Positions 18,842-27,934 of a stretch of DNA of 36,308 bases are shown here, piece by piece. The stretch is from positions 1 to 36,308 of the forward strand of contig JBFXLE010000032.1 in NCBI GenBank assembly GCA_050173015.1, read 5' to 3'. How positions within the stretch are numbered: position 1 is the first letter of the stretch; each line of letters begins with the position of its first letter. Made by a program: the position numbers and the translations under genes. Below the pieces are notes generated by a model. That model saw only the letters and a list, made by a program, of their open reading frames with translations. It was not told where the DNA came from and ran no database searches. The stretch is from Calditrichaceae bacterium (lineage in GTDB: Bacteria > Calditrichota > Calditrichia > Calditrichales > JBFXGD01).

Positions 18842-18986
18842 GATTAATCCTGAGGCTGACCTTTGGTTCTTTTTTTGACGGGCGGATGATAACGGATCGG
18901 GACGGAAAACTCAAGGCGTAATCCGGCTAATGTATGTTCGTCAAAATCCGAAGGCAGAACCGGATGGTCGGCCTCATTTTTTAATC
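18842..18986 (+). other. Long (~145 nt) intergenic imperfect RNA hairpin with a U-tract
   Basis: Nested pairings GATTAA/TTAATC, TGAGGCTGACC/GGTCGGCCTCA, TTTGGTTCT/AGAACCGGA, TTTTGACGGGC/GTTCGTCAAAA, CGGAT/ATCCG. Confidence 0.7.
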
Positions 18987-18997
18987 TTAAGGAGTCT

Positions 18998-20017
18998 ATG
19001 ATGGAAAGGGAGAAAAGGTTCCATTCCCCGCGATACCTCATTCTGATTATTTTAGTTTTAGCAGCGTTTTCATGCCGGGAGACAGGACAGCAGCAGAGTA
19101 ACAGAATTATCTGTCTGACGCCAAATCATACGGAAATCGTTTATGCTTTAGGTTTACAGGATGATGTCGTGGGCTGGACGCAATATTGTAATTATCCGCC
19201 GGAAGTTCAGGACGTTCCCGGATGGGTCCGCTACGATAAATATGAATTTACAGGAATTGAAGATGAACTGAAGAAGAAAGTGGCGGTGGTCAGCAGTTTT
19301 GTTACAGTAAATTATACCCTGATTGATTCGTTAAAACCGACGCTGATACTGACTTCTCATCAGATGCAGAGAGGCATAGTTAAAAAGCTCAGGGATAAAG
19401 GCTATAATGTGATGCATTTTGAGCCGGTCACTCTGGATGATACTTTTGATATGATGCTGGAAATAGGAAAAGCGACCGGCAAAGCGGAAACGGCGGAAAA
19501 ACTTGTTAAGCAATACAAAAAAGAAATTGAAGTCATAAAAACCTCAACACAAAATCTTCCAAAAATTAAAGTGTATTTTGAGATTAATCATATGGGGCCC
19601 TATGTTCTCGGTTCAGGATCGCCAATGGACCAGATGATCGAAATTGCGGGTGGTGTCAATATTTTTGAAGATGTGGAAGGGGAGGCGTTCCACGCTGATC
19701 TAAAGGATATTATTGAGAGAGATCCCGATGTCATTTTAACCCCGCTATGGCCGGCCGCCGGCAGAGAAGAAGTAACAACAACCTATGAAATAGTGACACG
19801 TGAAGGCTTTTCCGATATTACCGCCGTTAAAAACAGCCGGATTTATCATTATGATTCCAGTCTGTTAAAACGCCCCGGACCGCGGAGTTTGCCGGCGATA
19901 AAGAAACTGGCCTATTTGCTTCATCCATACTATTTTAAAAATCCGGAAAATTCGGTTGATCCCTGGGAGCTGGGAAAAATTGATGAAAACTATCCTCCGC
20001 CAAGAGCCTTATATTAA
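18998..20017 (+). CDS. Helical-backbone (BtuF/TroA-like) substrate-binding lipoprotein
   Basis: Lipobox AFSC, RIICLTPNHTEIVYALG...VVG.T.YCNYP, IEIAGGVNIF, DPDVI, AVKNSRIY, RPGPR. Confidence 0.88.
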   Translation: MMEREKRFHSPRYLILIILVLAAFSCRETGQQQSNRIICLTPNHTEIVYALGLQDDVVGWTQYCNYPPEVQDVPGWVRYDKYEFTGIEDELKKKVAVVSSFVTVNYTLIDSLKPTLILTSHQMQRGIVKKLRDKGYNVMHFEPVTLDDTFDMMLEIGKATGKAETAEKLVKQYKKEIEVIKTSTQNLPKIKVYFEINHMGPYVLGSGSPMDQMIEIAGGVNIFEDVEGEAFHADLKDIIERDPDVILTPLWPAAGREEVTTTYEIVTREGFSDITAVKNSRIYHYDSSLLKRPGPRSLPAIKKLAYLLHPYYFKNPENSVDPWELGKIDENYPPPRALY

Positions 20018-20065
20018 GAGATAAAAGACTAACGGTAAGATGTAGTTCAAAAACGAGAGAGTTCT

Positions 20066-21295
20066 ATGCAGCAGGAATATGAAGTAGCAGATATAAAACT
20101 CGCGCCCCAGGGGCAGAAAAAAATTGACTGGGTGGCAAGGTCCATGAAAGTTCTGAACCGGCTTCATGATAAATTTGCCGGGGATGATGTATTCAAAGGT
20201 AAAAAAGTGGCTTTATGTATTCATCTCGAGGCAAAAACCGCTTATCTTGCTCAGGTAATCAAGAAACTGGGAGCCGATGTCTGGATCACCAGTAGTAACA
20301 CATTGTCAACAAAGGATGATGTGTGCGCGGCTCTCGCTCAAAGCGGTGTTCATGTGTACGCGAAGCACGGCGCTGATGAAAAAACATACCAGACATTTAT
20401 ACATTCAATTGTGTCAGGCAGGCCCAATGCCGTCGTGGATGATGGCGGGGATGTTTGCGAATTCCTGCATGCCCGGCCGGAGTTTGGCGCGGATTTAAAA
20501 GGTATTTGTGAAGAAACAACCACCGGTGTGAATCGTCTGAAACAGAAATTCCTGGATAATGCTCTTGAATATCCCGCTTTGGCCATTAATGACGCCAAAT
20601 CCAAGTTTCTTTTTGATAACAGATATGGAACCGGTCAGTCCACATGGACAGCAATTATGCACCTGACAAACATGACTATTACCGGAAAAACTGTGGTCTG
20701 CGTCGGTTACGGATGGGTAGGCCGGGGGGTCGCGATTCGCGCCGCGGGCCTTGGCGCCGAAGTGATCGTCACCGAAATCGATCCCTGGAAGGCGATGGAG
20801 GCGAGAATGGACGGATTTCGTGTCATGACCATTGACCAAGCGGCGCCTTTGGGAGATTTCTTTATTACTAATACCGGCGAAGTGGGAGTCATCCGCAATG
20901 AACATTTCCTTAAAATGAAGGACGGCGCTTTTCTTGCCAATGCCGGACATTTTGATTTTGAAATCGATGTCCCGGGGCTGACGCGTATATCAGGGGAGCC
21001 GGTGACCGTCCGGGATGAGATTGATGAATATACACTTGAAAATGGCAGAAGCTTGTTCTTGCTCGCCCGGGGCGGCATCATCAACATCGCCGGCGGATTA
21101 GGGCATCCCGTTGAAATTATGGATATGTCATTTTCGCTTCAGCTGGCCAGTATCCATTATTTATTGTCAACCGGTAAGCTGGAAAATAAAGTTTACAGGG
21201 TTCCTGATGTGATTGATGAAATGGTCGTACGTGAAAAACTAAATGTTGAAGGCATTTCCATTGATTCTCCGCAAGATAACGGAAAAAAACAATGA
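20066..21295 (+). CDS. ahcY: Adenosylhomocysteinase-family protein (archaeal/Thermotoga-type, HxExK motif)
   Basis: HLEAKT, DDGGD, EETTTG, NDAKSKFLFDNRYGTGQS, GYGWVGRG, NAGHFD, GHPVEIMDMSF. Confidence 0.9.
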   Translation: MQQEYEVADIKLAPQGQKKIDWVARSMKVLNRLHDKFAGDDVFKGKKVALCIHLEAKTAYLAQVIKKLGADVWITSSNTLSTKDDVCAALAQSGVHVYAKHGADEKTYQTFIHSIVSGRPNAVVDDGGDVCEFLHARPEFGADLKGICEETTTGVNRLKQKFLDNALEYPALAINDAKSKFLFDNRYGTGQSTWTAIMHLTNMTITGKTVVCVGYGWVGRGVAIRAAGLGAEVIVTEIDPWKAMEARMDGFRVMTIDQAAPLGDFFITNTGEVGVIRNEHFLKMKDGAFLANAGHFDFEIDVPGLTRISGEPVTVRDEIDEYTLENGRSLFLLARGGIINIAGGLGHPVEIMDMSFSLQLASIHYLLSTGKLENKVYRVPDVIDEMVVREKLNVEGISIDSPQDNGKKQ

Positions 21296-22587
21296 TAATA
21301 AATGTGATAGGATTCGCTGCACTGCTGGGTTTTGCGTGGTTGTTTTCTTCAAACAGAAAAGTAGTAAACTGGAGAGTGATTATTTGGGGACTTTCGCTTC
21401 AAATTCTTTTCGCTCTCATTATTTTTGTTGTACCCGCCGGCGCGGATTTCTTTCTTATGGTGAACAAGCTGGTCCTGGCGGTTCTTGACAGCGCCACCGC
21501 TGGCACCAGCTTTCTGTTTGGGCGTCTTGCCCTTTCACCCGGATCCACAAATGCCGCGGGGGAGAGTTCAGTGGGATTTATCCTCGCGCTCCAGGCCTTA
21601 CCGACGATCATTTTTTTCGCCGCGTTGGTTGCAGTGCTCTATTATTTAGGAATTATGAACAAATTCATACGCGCTTTTGCCTACATTTTCAGCCGGTTGA
21701 TGCGGATCAGCGGCGCCGAATCACTCAGCGCTTCAACCAACATTTTTGTCGGCGTGGAATCCGCTCTGGTCATTAAACCGTATTTAAAGAATATGACACG
21801 ATCGGAGCTTTGTACCATCTTAACGGTTGGAATGGCAACGATCGCTTCAAGTATGCTGGCCGTATATATTTTTATGCTAAAAGACCAATTTCCGACCATC
21901 GCCGGACATCTTGTTTCAGCTTCGATTATGAACGCGCCTTCCGCGATCGTCTTTTCAAAAATTCTGTGTCCGGAAACGGATACTCCGGAAACGTTGGGAC
22001 AGAACATTAAACCGGAATATCAGAAAGAAAACAATCTTTTTGAATCCATTATCAACGGCGCGAACTCCGGAGTCAAACTGGTTGTTGGAATATGCGCCTT
22101 ATTGCTGGCTTTTTTGGGCATCGTCGCTTTGGTTGATAAGCTCTTTGTGTTTTCCGGCGGTTTTGTAAATGAAATTTTTAATATTAATATGGACTGGACG
22201 TTAAAAGGTTTACTGGGTTATATTTTTTATCCCTTCACGATTCTGATTGGTATCCCGGTCAGTGAAGCCGGCGCGGTAGCGAAAATTATCGGTGAAAGGG
22301 TGATTGTAACCGAGGTCACCGCTTTTCAGGATCTGTCAAATCTGATCAGTTCGGGGTACCCGCTATCAGCCCGGTCGATCGTCATCACAACATATGCCCT
22401 TACCGGTTTTGCTCATGTCGCTTCAGTGGCGATATTTGTCGGCGGTATTTCGGCTCTGGTTCCGGAACGGGTAAAAGATCTTTCTGGGCTTGGATTCAGG
22501 GCGCTGCTTGGAGCCACGCTGGCCTGTTTACTCACCGCCTGTATCGCCGGTTTTTTCTATACGGATGTTTCCATATTGATGAGATGA
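21292..22587 (+). CDS. nupC: Concentrative nucleoside transporter (NupC/CNT family)
   Basis: VNWRVIIWGL.LQ, LPTIIFF, GAESLS...NIFVG, GMATIA, TEVTAF, TYALTGFAH. Confidence 0.93.
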   Translation: MIINVIGFAALLGFAWLFSSNRKVVNWRVIIWGLSLQILFALIIFVVPAGADFFLMVNKLVLAVLDSATAGTSFLFGRLALSPGSTNAAGESSVGFILALQALPTIIFFAALVAVLYYLGIMNKFIRAFAYIFSRLMRISGAESLSASTNIFVGVESALVIKPYLKNMTRSELCTILTVGMATIASSMLAVYIFMLKDQFPTIAGHLVSASIMNAPSAIVFSKILCPETDTPETLGQNIKPEYQKENNLFESIINGANSGVKLVVGICALLLAFLGIVALVDKLFVFSGGFVNEIFNINMDWTLKGLLGYIFYPFTILIGIPVSEAGAVAKIIGERVIVTEVTAFQDLSNLISSGYPLSARSIVITTYALTGFAHVASVAIFVGGISALVPERVKDLSGLGFRALLGATLACLLTACIAGFFYTDVSILMR

Positions 22588-22593
22588 CAGCGA

Positions 22594-23622
22594 ATGAATG
22601 AAAATCAAATTCACGAGATTATCAAAGATATGCCAAAGGTCGAATTGCACCTTCATCTTGAGGGCGCGTTCACCTTTGAGTTTTTATTATCTCTCATTGA
22701 AAAATATGGCGGAGACCCGTCTGTCAAAACGATTGATGATCTAAAAAATAAGTTTGTTTTTACTGATTTTGCTCATTTTATTGAATTATGGTACTGGAAA
22801 AACCGGTTTTTTAGGAGGCCGGTTGATTTTGAAGAATCAGCCTACCATACATTAAAAAATTTATCAGAGCAGAATGTAATATATTCTGAAGTGTTTTTTT
22901 CACCATGGGATTTCGCATCGGATAATTTGTCGGTTGAAGAAATCACTGAGGCCACCATCGCCGGGGTAAAAAAGGCTGAAGCCGATTTTCCGATTAAGTG
23001 CGGATTGATTGCGGATATCGTTCGTGATTACGGCTCGGAAAATGCGGTTGACAGGGTAAAACAAATGATTCCATTCCGGGATTCAGGCGTTATAGGGATT
23101 GGACTCGGCGGCAGTGAGCAGAAATATCCGCCACAGGCCTTTGCCGCCGCTTTTCAGTATGCAGGTAAACATGGTTTCCATCTGACCGCTCACGCCGGTG
23201 AAGCCGCGGGCCCTGAATCGGTTAGGTCTGCCATGGATGATCTGGCGGCAGAAAGGATCGGTCACGGGGTTCGCGCCATCGAAGATCCCGCACTTATTGA
23301 AGATTTAAAACAAAAAAGGATTCCGCTGGAAATCTGTGTAAACAGCAACCTGAAAACTAAGGTGTATCCTTCACCGACATCTCATCCTGTAAAGAAATTA
23401 TATGACCGGGGGTTGGTTGTCACCATCAATTCCGACGATCCGGCCATGTTTGGATGTACCATTACGGATGAGTTTCTCCTGCTTTATGATAAAATCGGAT
23501 TCCGTCTCCCATCCTTCAAAAAATTAACCGAAAACGCCATCCGTTCGTCCTTTCTTCCAAAAAGCACAAAATTATTATATTTAGAGAGAATACACGGTTA
23601 TTGGGAAAATAATTATAGATAG
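22594..23622 (+). CDS. add: Adenosine/adenine deaminase
   Basis: PKVELHLHLEG, HAGE, RIGHG, LEICVNSN, INSDDP. Confidence 0.92.
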   Translation: MNENQIHEIIKDMPKVELHLHLEGAFTFEFLLSLIEKYGGDPSVKTIDDLKNKFVFTDFAHFIELWYWKNRFFRRPVDFEESAYHTLKNLSEQNVIYSEVFFSPWDFASDNLSVEEITEATIAGVKKAEADFPIKCGLIADIVRDYGSENAVDRVKQMIPFRDSGVIGIGLGGSEQKYPPQAFAAAFQYAGKHGFHLTAHAGEAAGPESVRSAMDDLAAERIGHGVRAIEDPALIEDLKQKRIPLEICVNSNLKTKVYPSPTSHPVKKLYDRGLVVTINSDDPAMFGCTITDEFLLLYDKIGFRLPSFKKLTENAIRSSFLPKSTKLLYLERIHGYWENNYR

Positions 23623-23672
23623 GCTTCCCTTCCTGAATCTTGTAATTAAAATGTGAAAATAATATTTTGTTC

Positions 23673-23701
23673 TTGCAATTGGCCGGTTACAATAATATAA
23701 T
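23673..23701 (+). promoter_or_regulatory. Putative sigma70 promoter for the secreted protein
   Basis: TTGCAA, 17 nt, TATAAT. Confidence 0.55.
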
Positions 23702-23921
23702 TAGACGAAATCTGTTTAATTCCTGCCAGGGATGACTCCATTCCGACAAATAATCAATTTTAATATAACATAATGCGTATTGAAATGTGGTGCGGCAATG
23801 CGTAATTATAATTCTGACTCGGTTAGAAATGATTCAGAATTTCGTAACAAAAATCCTCCTATCCTACTCCCTGATTAATATAATAAATTACAATATATAT
23901 ATTCAGGAAAGGAGTTTTTTT

Positions 23922-26438
23922 ATGAGGCGCGCAATAGTTTCTTTCGTGTGCCTTCTTATCCCTTTATCTTACGTATTTTCTCAATCACAAACGAATATAC
24001 CTTCGATCGAAATGACAGCAAACGGGAATGGTGTCATTGCGGATACAGATGGTTTTGTAGTCACATATCCGCCTATAAACTATGGAGCTTATTCTGCTGA
24101 TTGGTATCGTGACGTGTGGGCTGGAGGACAGAATACTATTCTAAACCTTCCTGGAGGTATGCAGGCGGGAGGTGGCTGGTATTTTGTTGTAGCCGGTCCT
24201 AACACAATCGGGGATTATGGAAGCGCTCTGAACAGATGGACGAGAAATGGAGCAAGGGACATCATTCTTGCGGGCAATTCATATGAGATTCGATTTACGG
24301 AAAGAGGCGGAAAAGCCTCAATGGCGTTTACGACGGAAGCTTTAACTGATGTGCCCTTTGAATTATGGTACCTGGGTAAAACCATTTTTGATACAAATGA
24401 TGATGTGCGTATGTTTCCATGGATTTATGATGACAATGGGAATAATATGTTTGATTTCAAACTTGACCATCAGGCCGCGGGTTATGAAAATGACCCTTAT
24501 TCTGATTGGATTTATTTCATTATGCCGTCAGATAATACTCCGGGTGAGTCCGGTTATAACAGATCGGTGCAGGAAATAATGGATGGAACATACGATTATA
24601 GTGATAATCTTACTAGGGAGCACCTGGCCCGAATGGTATTGATGAATTGGAATCAGCGTCAGTATGAGAGTGCGCCGGGAGCTGCTGACGGGCCCGTTGA
24701 TGCCATGCCTGAGACAGGAACCGTTTTTCGAATTAACGTTGGATATATGGTTGAAATTGATATCAAACCCGGAAGTGAACCTAATTCCGTAAATTGTCTT
24801 AATCCAAAAGAGATCATACCAGTAGCGGTTCTGACCACTGACTATTTTGATGCATTGAGGCTCGATCCGGCTTCTGTGACATTTGGTCCGGATAAGGCGA
24901 CAGAAATCCATGAAAAAGGTCATGTGATGGATGTGGACGGTGATGGTGATATGGATATGCTTTTTCATTTTCAGCTAGGCGAGACCGGAATACAATGTGT
25001 ACATACAAAAGCTGAGTTGCAGGGTTATACCCTCGAAGGTAGATTTATATGGTCAGGAGGTGACATCAGATCGGTACATCAGACAGTGGGTTGTGATATT
25101 GACGGTCCCGGTGAACATGACTGGAATAATGTACGAATATTGGTACACCCGGATGGTCGGTGGGCATATCACGAATCGATTCCCGCATATGGATTCTTTC
25201 CAGCCAAAACATGTAATCGTTACATTTATACATCCGGGATCTGGGTTGGCGGGCTTGTTGATGGAGAAGCCATTGTCGCCGAAGCGTCACATGTCAGTGA
25301 ATTTACTCCGAGTGTGATAGGAGAAACCGGGACATATTATCGTGTGTTCAACAGTAATTTTGAGCAGGATAAAAAAAACTGGCCGCCGGAATTTTCTGAT
25401 GCGAGGGGGAAAGCGGTCATCGTTCCCGGGGCTCAGAATCTGGTTGTTGAGTACAACGATTATTTTGGTAATCCATGGCGCGATGTGAAGCTGCCTTTGG
25501 GAATAGAGGTACGTCAGCGGAGTTTGGAATTTAAAAAGGATAGTTTGCAAAATGCTGTCATTATAACATGGGAATTAAAAAATATCTCCGAAAAAGATAT
25601 CGATAATTGTTACTTTGGATTCTGGAGTGATGCTGATATCGGCTATGCCTATGATGACCGAGCCGGTTTTGTCAATGGGATGGCGGTTACATGGGATCAA
25701 GCATTTGAAGAGTATGATTTCACAGAAAAACCCGGCTTGACGGCGACGGATTTTTTGGAAACGCCGGGAAATCTTGGTGTGACAAATTATGTAACATTTA
25801 CAAACGGAGGGCCGAATTCCGATCCCAGGTCAGATGCGGTAGAGTACGCGTTTCTTTCGGGTACAAATAGTTACGAAACCGATTGGATAGGGGATGTCAG
25901 AACTTTGTTATGCACAGGACCTTTTGATCTGGCGATAGGGGAAGCAGTTGTGGTTTCAGCAGCGAAGCTTTTTGCGCACGTTCCTGCGGAAACTCATTTT
26001 CTTGAAGTTGATCCTGTTATGTTCCGGCCCGACCCTTATGATCCTATTCTCAGCGAATTGCTGAATACACAGAAAGTTGTAAGGCGCTATTACGATGGTT
26101 CGCTAAAAGGAAAAGGATTGCCAAAATATGTAGCTGAACCGGGAGACAGAAACGATCCGATCAGCATTCCGACGGAATATTCATTATCACAGAATCATCC
26201 GAATCCATTTAATCCCGTTACAAAAATCACATTTGCAATTCCGGATAACGGGATTAATGTTGAGCTTGAAATATTTAATGCTTTGGGGCAGAAAGTGGAT
26301 GAACTCTATACGGGTATTGTGAATGCCGGTGTTTATGAATTTGAATGGAATGCCTATGAATGGGCATCCGGTGTGTATTTCTGTCGATTGCGGGCAGGAG
26401 AATACGACAATATGATTAAAATGCTACTGGTGAAATAG
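23922..26438 (+). CDS. Large secreted protein with a C-terminal T9SS/FlgD-like sorting domain (ATG 23922 preferred over GTG 23787)
   Basis: RBS AGGAG before MRRAIVSFVCLLIPLSYVFSQ signal peptide. Internal IDIKPG...DVDGDGDMD module. C-terminal PTEYSLSQNHPNPFNPVTKITF...ASGVYFCRL...KMLLVK. Confidence 0.88.
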   Translation: MRRAIVSFVCLLIPLSYVFSQSQTNIPSIEMTANGNGVIADTDGFVVTYPPINYGAYSADWYRDVWAGGQNTILNLPGGMQAGGGWYFVVAGPNTIGDYGSALNRWTRNGARDIILAGNSYEIRFTERGGKASMAFTTEALTDVPFELWYLGKTIFDTNDDVRMFPWIYDDNGNNMFDFKLDHQAAGYENDPYSDWIYFIMPSDNTPGESGYNRSVQEIMDGTYDYSDNLTREHLARMVLMNWNQRQYESAPGAADGPVDAMPETGTVFRINVGYMVEIDIKPGSEPNSVNCLNPKEIIPVAVLTTDYFDALRLDPASVTFGPDKATEIHEKGHVMDVDGDGDMDMLFHFQLGETGIQCVHTKAELQGYTLEGRFIWSGGDIRSVHQTVGCDIDGPGEHDWNNVRILVHPDGRWAYHESIPAYGFFPAKTCNRYIYTSGIWVGGLVDGEAIVAEASHVSEFTPSVIGETGTYYRVFNSNFEQDKKNWPPEFSDARGKAVIVPGAQNLVVEYNDYFGNPWRDVKLPLGIEVRQRSLEFKKDSLQNAVIITWELKNISEKDIDNCYFGFWSDADIGYAYDDRAGFVNGMAVTWDQAFEEYDFTEKPGLTATDFLETPGNLGVTNYVTFTNGGPNSDPRSDAVEYAFLSGTNSYETDWIGDVRTLLCTGPFDLAIGEAVVVSAAKLFAHVPAETHFLEVDPVMFRPDPYDPILSELLNTQKVVRRYYDGSLKGKGLPKYVAEPGDRNDPISIPTEYSLSQNHPNPFNPVTKITFAIPDNGINVELEIFNALGQKVDELYTGIVNAGVYEFEWNAYEWASGVYFCRLRAGEYDNMIKMLLVK

Positions 26439-26443
26439 CCCGG

Positions 26444-26471
26444 AAAAGCCCCGTATTGTGCGGGGCTTTTT
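26444..26471. terminator. Bidirectional rho-independent terminator
   Basis: AAAAGCCCCG-TATTGTG-CGGGGCTTTTT between convergent genes. Confidence 0.88.
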
Positions 26472-26524
26472 ACCTTGAATAAAATTTGAATTTCCGGAGA
26501 TAAACTTATGTTTTGAAACTGACA

Positions 26525-26974
26525 TTAGCCCCGCGATTTTTCAGCCGCCCATTTTTCTGCGCGTTTACTCATTTCATCCGGCGGAACATCTTCCACATGG
26601 GTGGCAATCCACCATATATTCCCTTGAGGATCCTTCACACCGGCGTTGCGGTCCCCGTAGAACTGATCAGCGGGTTCCATCAGAGAAACGGCGCCGGCCT
26701 GCAGGGCTTTCTTATAAACGGCGTCCACATCACGAACATAAAAATAGAGCATTCCCGGCATGGCCCTAAACTCAGGTGTGGATAATCCAATCATCACCTT
26801 GGAGTCACCGATCTTTATTTCGGCATGCATAATTTTACCATCCGGTCCCGGCATGCTATATATTTCCTCTGCCATAAATGCTTTCTTTAAAAAACCGATG
26901 AGTCCGCCCGCGTCATTGACGATCATGTATGGGGTCAGTGTATGGTAATCTTCCGGAATGGGTTTTACTGCCAT
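26525..26974 (-). CDS. VOC/glyoxalase (PhnB-like) protein
   Basis: KPIPEDYHTLTPY, GKIMHAEIKIGDS, DQFYGDRNAGVKDPQGNIWWIATH; RBS AGGAGG. Confidence 0.92.
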   Translation of the reverse strand: MAVKPIPEDYHTLTPYMIVNDAGGLIGFLKKAFMAEEIYSMPGPDGKIMHAEIKIGDSKVMIGLSTPEFRAMPGMLYFYVRDVDAVYKKALQAGAVSLMEPADQFYGDRNAGVKDPQGNIWWIATHVEDVPPDEMSKRAEKWAAEKSRG

Positions 26975-27058
26975 GATAACACCTCCTTTGTTTTTTATAT
27001 ATAACGCTGACCTTGTAAAAAAAATTCATCGGATTATCTTATAAATAATCCCGGGAGT

Positions 27059-27874
27059 TCAGCTTAGTCTGAGTGACCGCATTGACATTGAACCCAATGT
27101 GACTTTCTCAGTGAAAAATGTCAGGTCATCGTTTTTTTCGCGCAATCCGAGTATATAAAGCAGGGGGAGATAATGCTCATTTGTCGGGACGGATAGCCGG
27201 GCGGACGGGCCTAAATTTTGATAATTGACGAGGGAATTGTGCTCTCCGGACGAAATTAATCGTTTTAATTTGTCGTCAAACTCAACCGCCCAGTCAAAGG
27301 CGGTATCCTTCCATACAACTTCCCCCAGATTATGCACCATATTGCCGCTGCCGATAACAAGAACACCCCGTTTGCGAAGACTTTTTAATTCTTTGCCGAG
27401 TTCGTAGTGATATTCAGGGCCTTTGGTCATATTAAGACTGAGTTGAATGACCGGTATATCGGCTCCGGGAAACATGCGGCACAAAACAGACCAGGTCCCG
27501 TGATCCAATCCCCATTCCTTGTCGGGCAGGATTTTTGCGGTTAAAACGGATTCAGCAGTAATTCGGGCAAGCGCCGGGGAGCCCGGGGCAGAATATTGAA
27601 CATCAAACAGCGGTTTGGGAAATCCGTAGAAATCGTGGATAGTCCGTGGATGTTCCATGGATGTCACTAAAGTGCCATTCGTCTGCCAGTGAGCGGAGAT
27701 GCAGAGTATCGCTTTTGGAACAGGAACAGTCCTTGCCGCATCTCTCCAGGCTTGACTGAATTGATTGTCATCAATGGCATTCATCGGACTGCCGTGACCA
27801 ATAAAGAGAACCGGCATTTTTGTACCGGTCTCTTTAAGTTCAGCGATGTCTGCCGTTATATTTTTTGTTGTCAT
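27059..27874 (-). CDS. ygiD: 4,5-DOPA extradiol dioxygenase (LigB family)
   Basis: MPVLFIGHGSPMNA, ISAHW, TIHDFYGFP, WGLDHGTW, GSGNMVHNL, PTNEHYLPL. Confidence 0.93.
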   Translation of the reverse strand: MTTKNITADIAELKETGTKMPVLFIGHGSPMNAIDDNQFSQAWRDAARTVPVPKAILCISAHWQTNGTLVTSMEHPRTIHDFYGFPKPLFDVQYSAPGSPALARITAESVLTAKILPDKEWGLDHGTWSVLCRMFPGADIPVIQLSLNMTKGPEYHYELGKELKSLRKRGVLVIGSGNMVHNLGEVVWKDTAFDWAVEFDDKLKRLISSGEHNSLVNYQNLGPSARLSVPTNEHYLPLLYILGLREKNDDLTFFTEKVTLGSMSMRSLRLS

Positions 27875-27934
27875 TCATAAATCCGTTTCAATTTTTTTTG
27901 GGCTAATTGTTCTATACAGATTTCAAACATCATG

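Noticed and set aside
18844-19041. Cobalamin riboswitch or 65-aa antisense ORF in the propeller-BtuF intergenic region
   Set aside because: No B12-box motifs are visible, and the ORF overlaps the BtuF-like start and looks non-coding. Only the hairpin is retained.
23787-23921. GTG-started 45-aa extension of the secreted protein
   Set aside because: AT-rich and without an RBS. ATG 23922 has AGGAG and begins a signal peptide.
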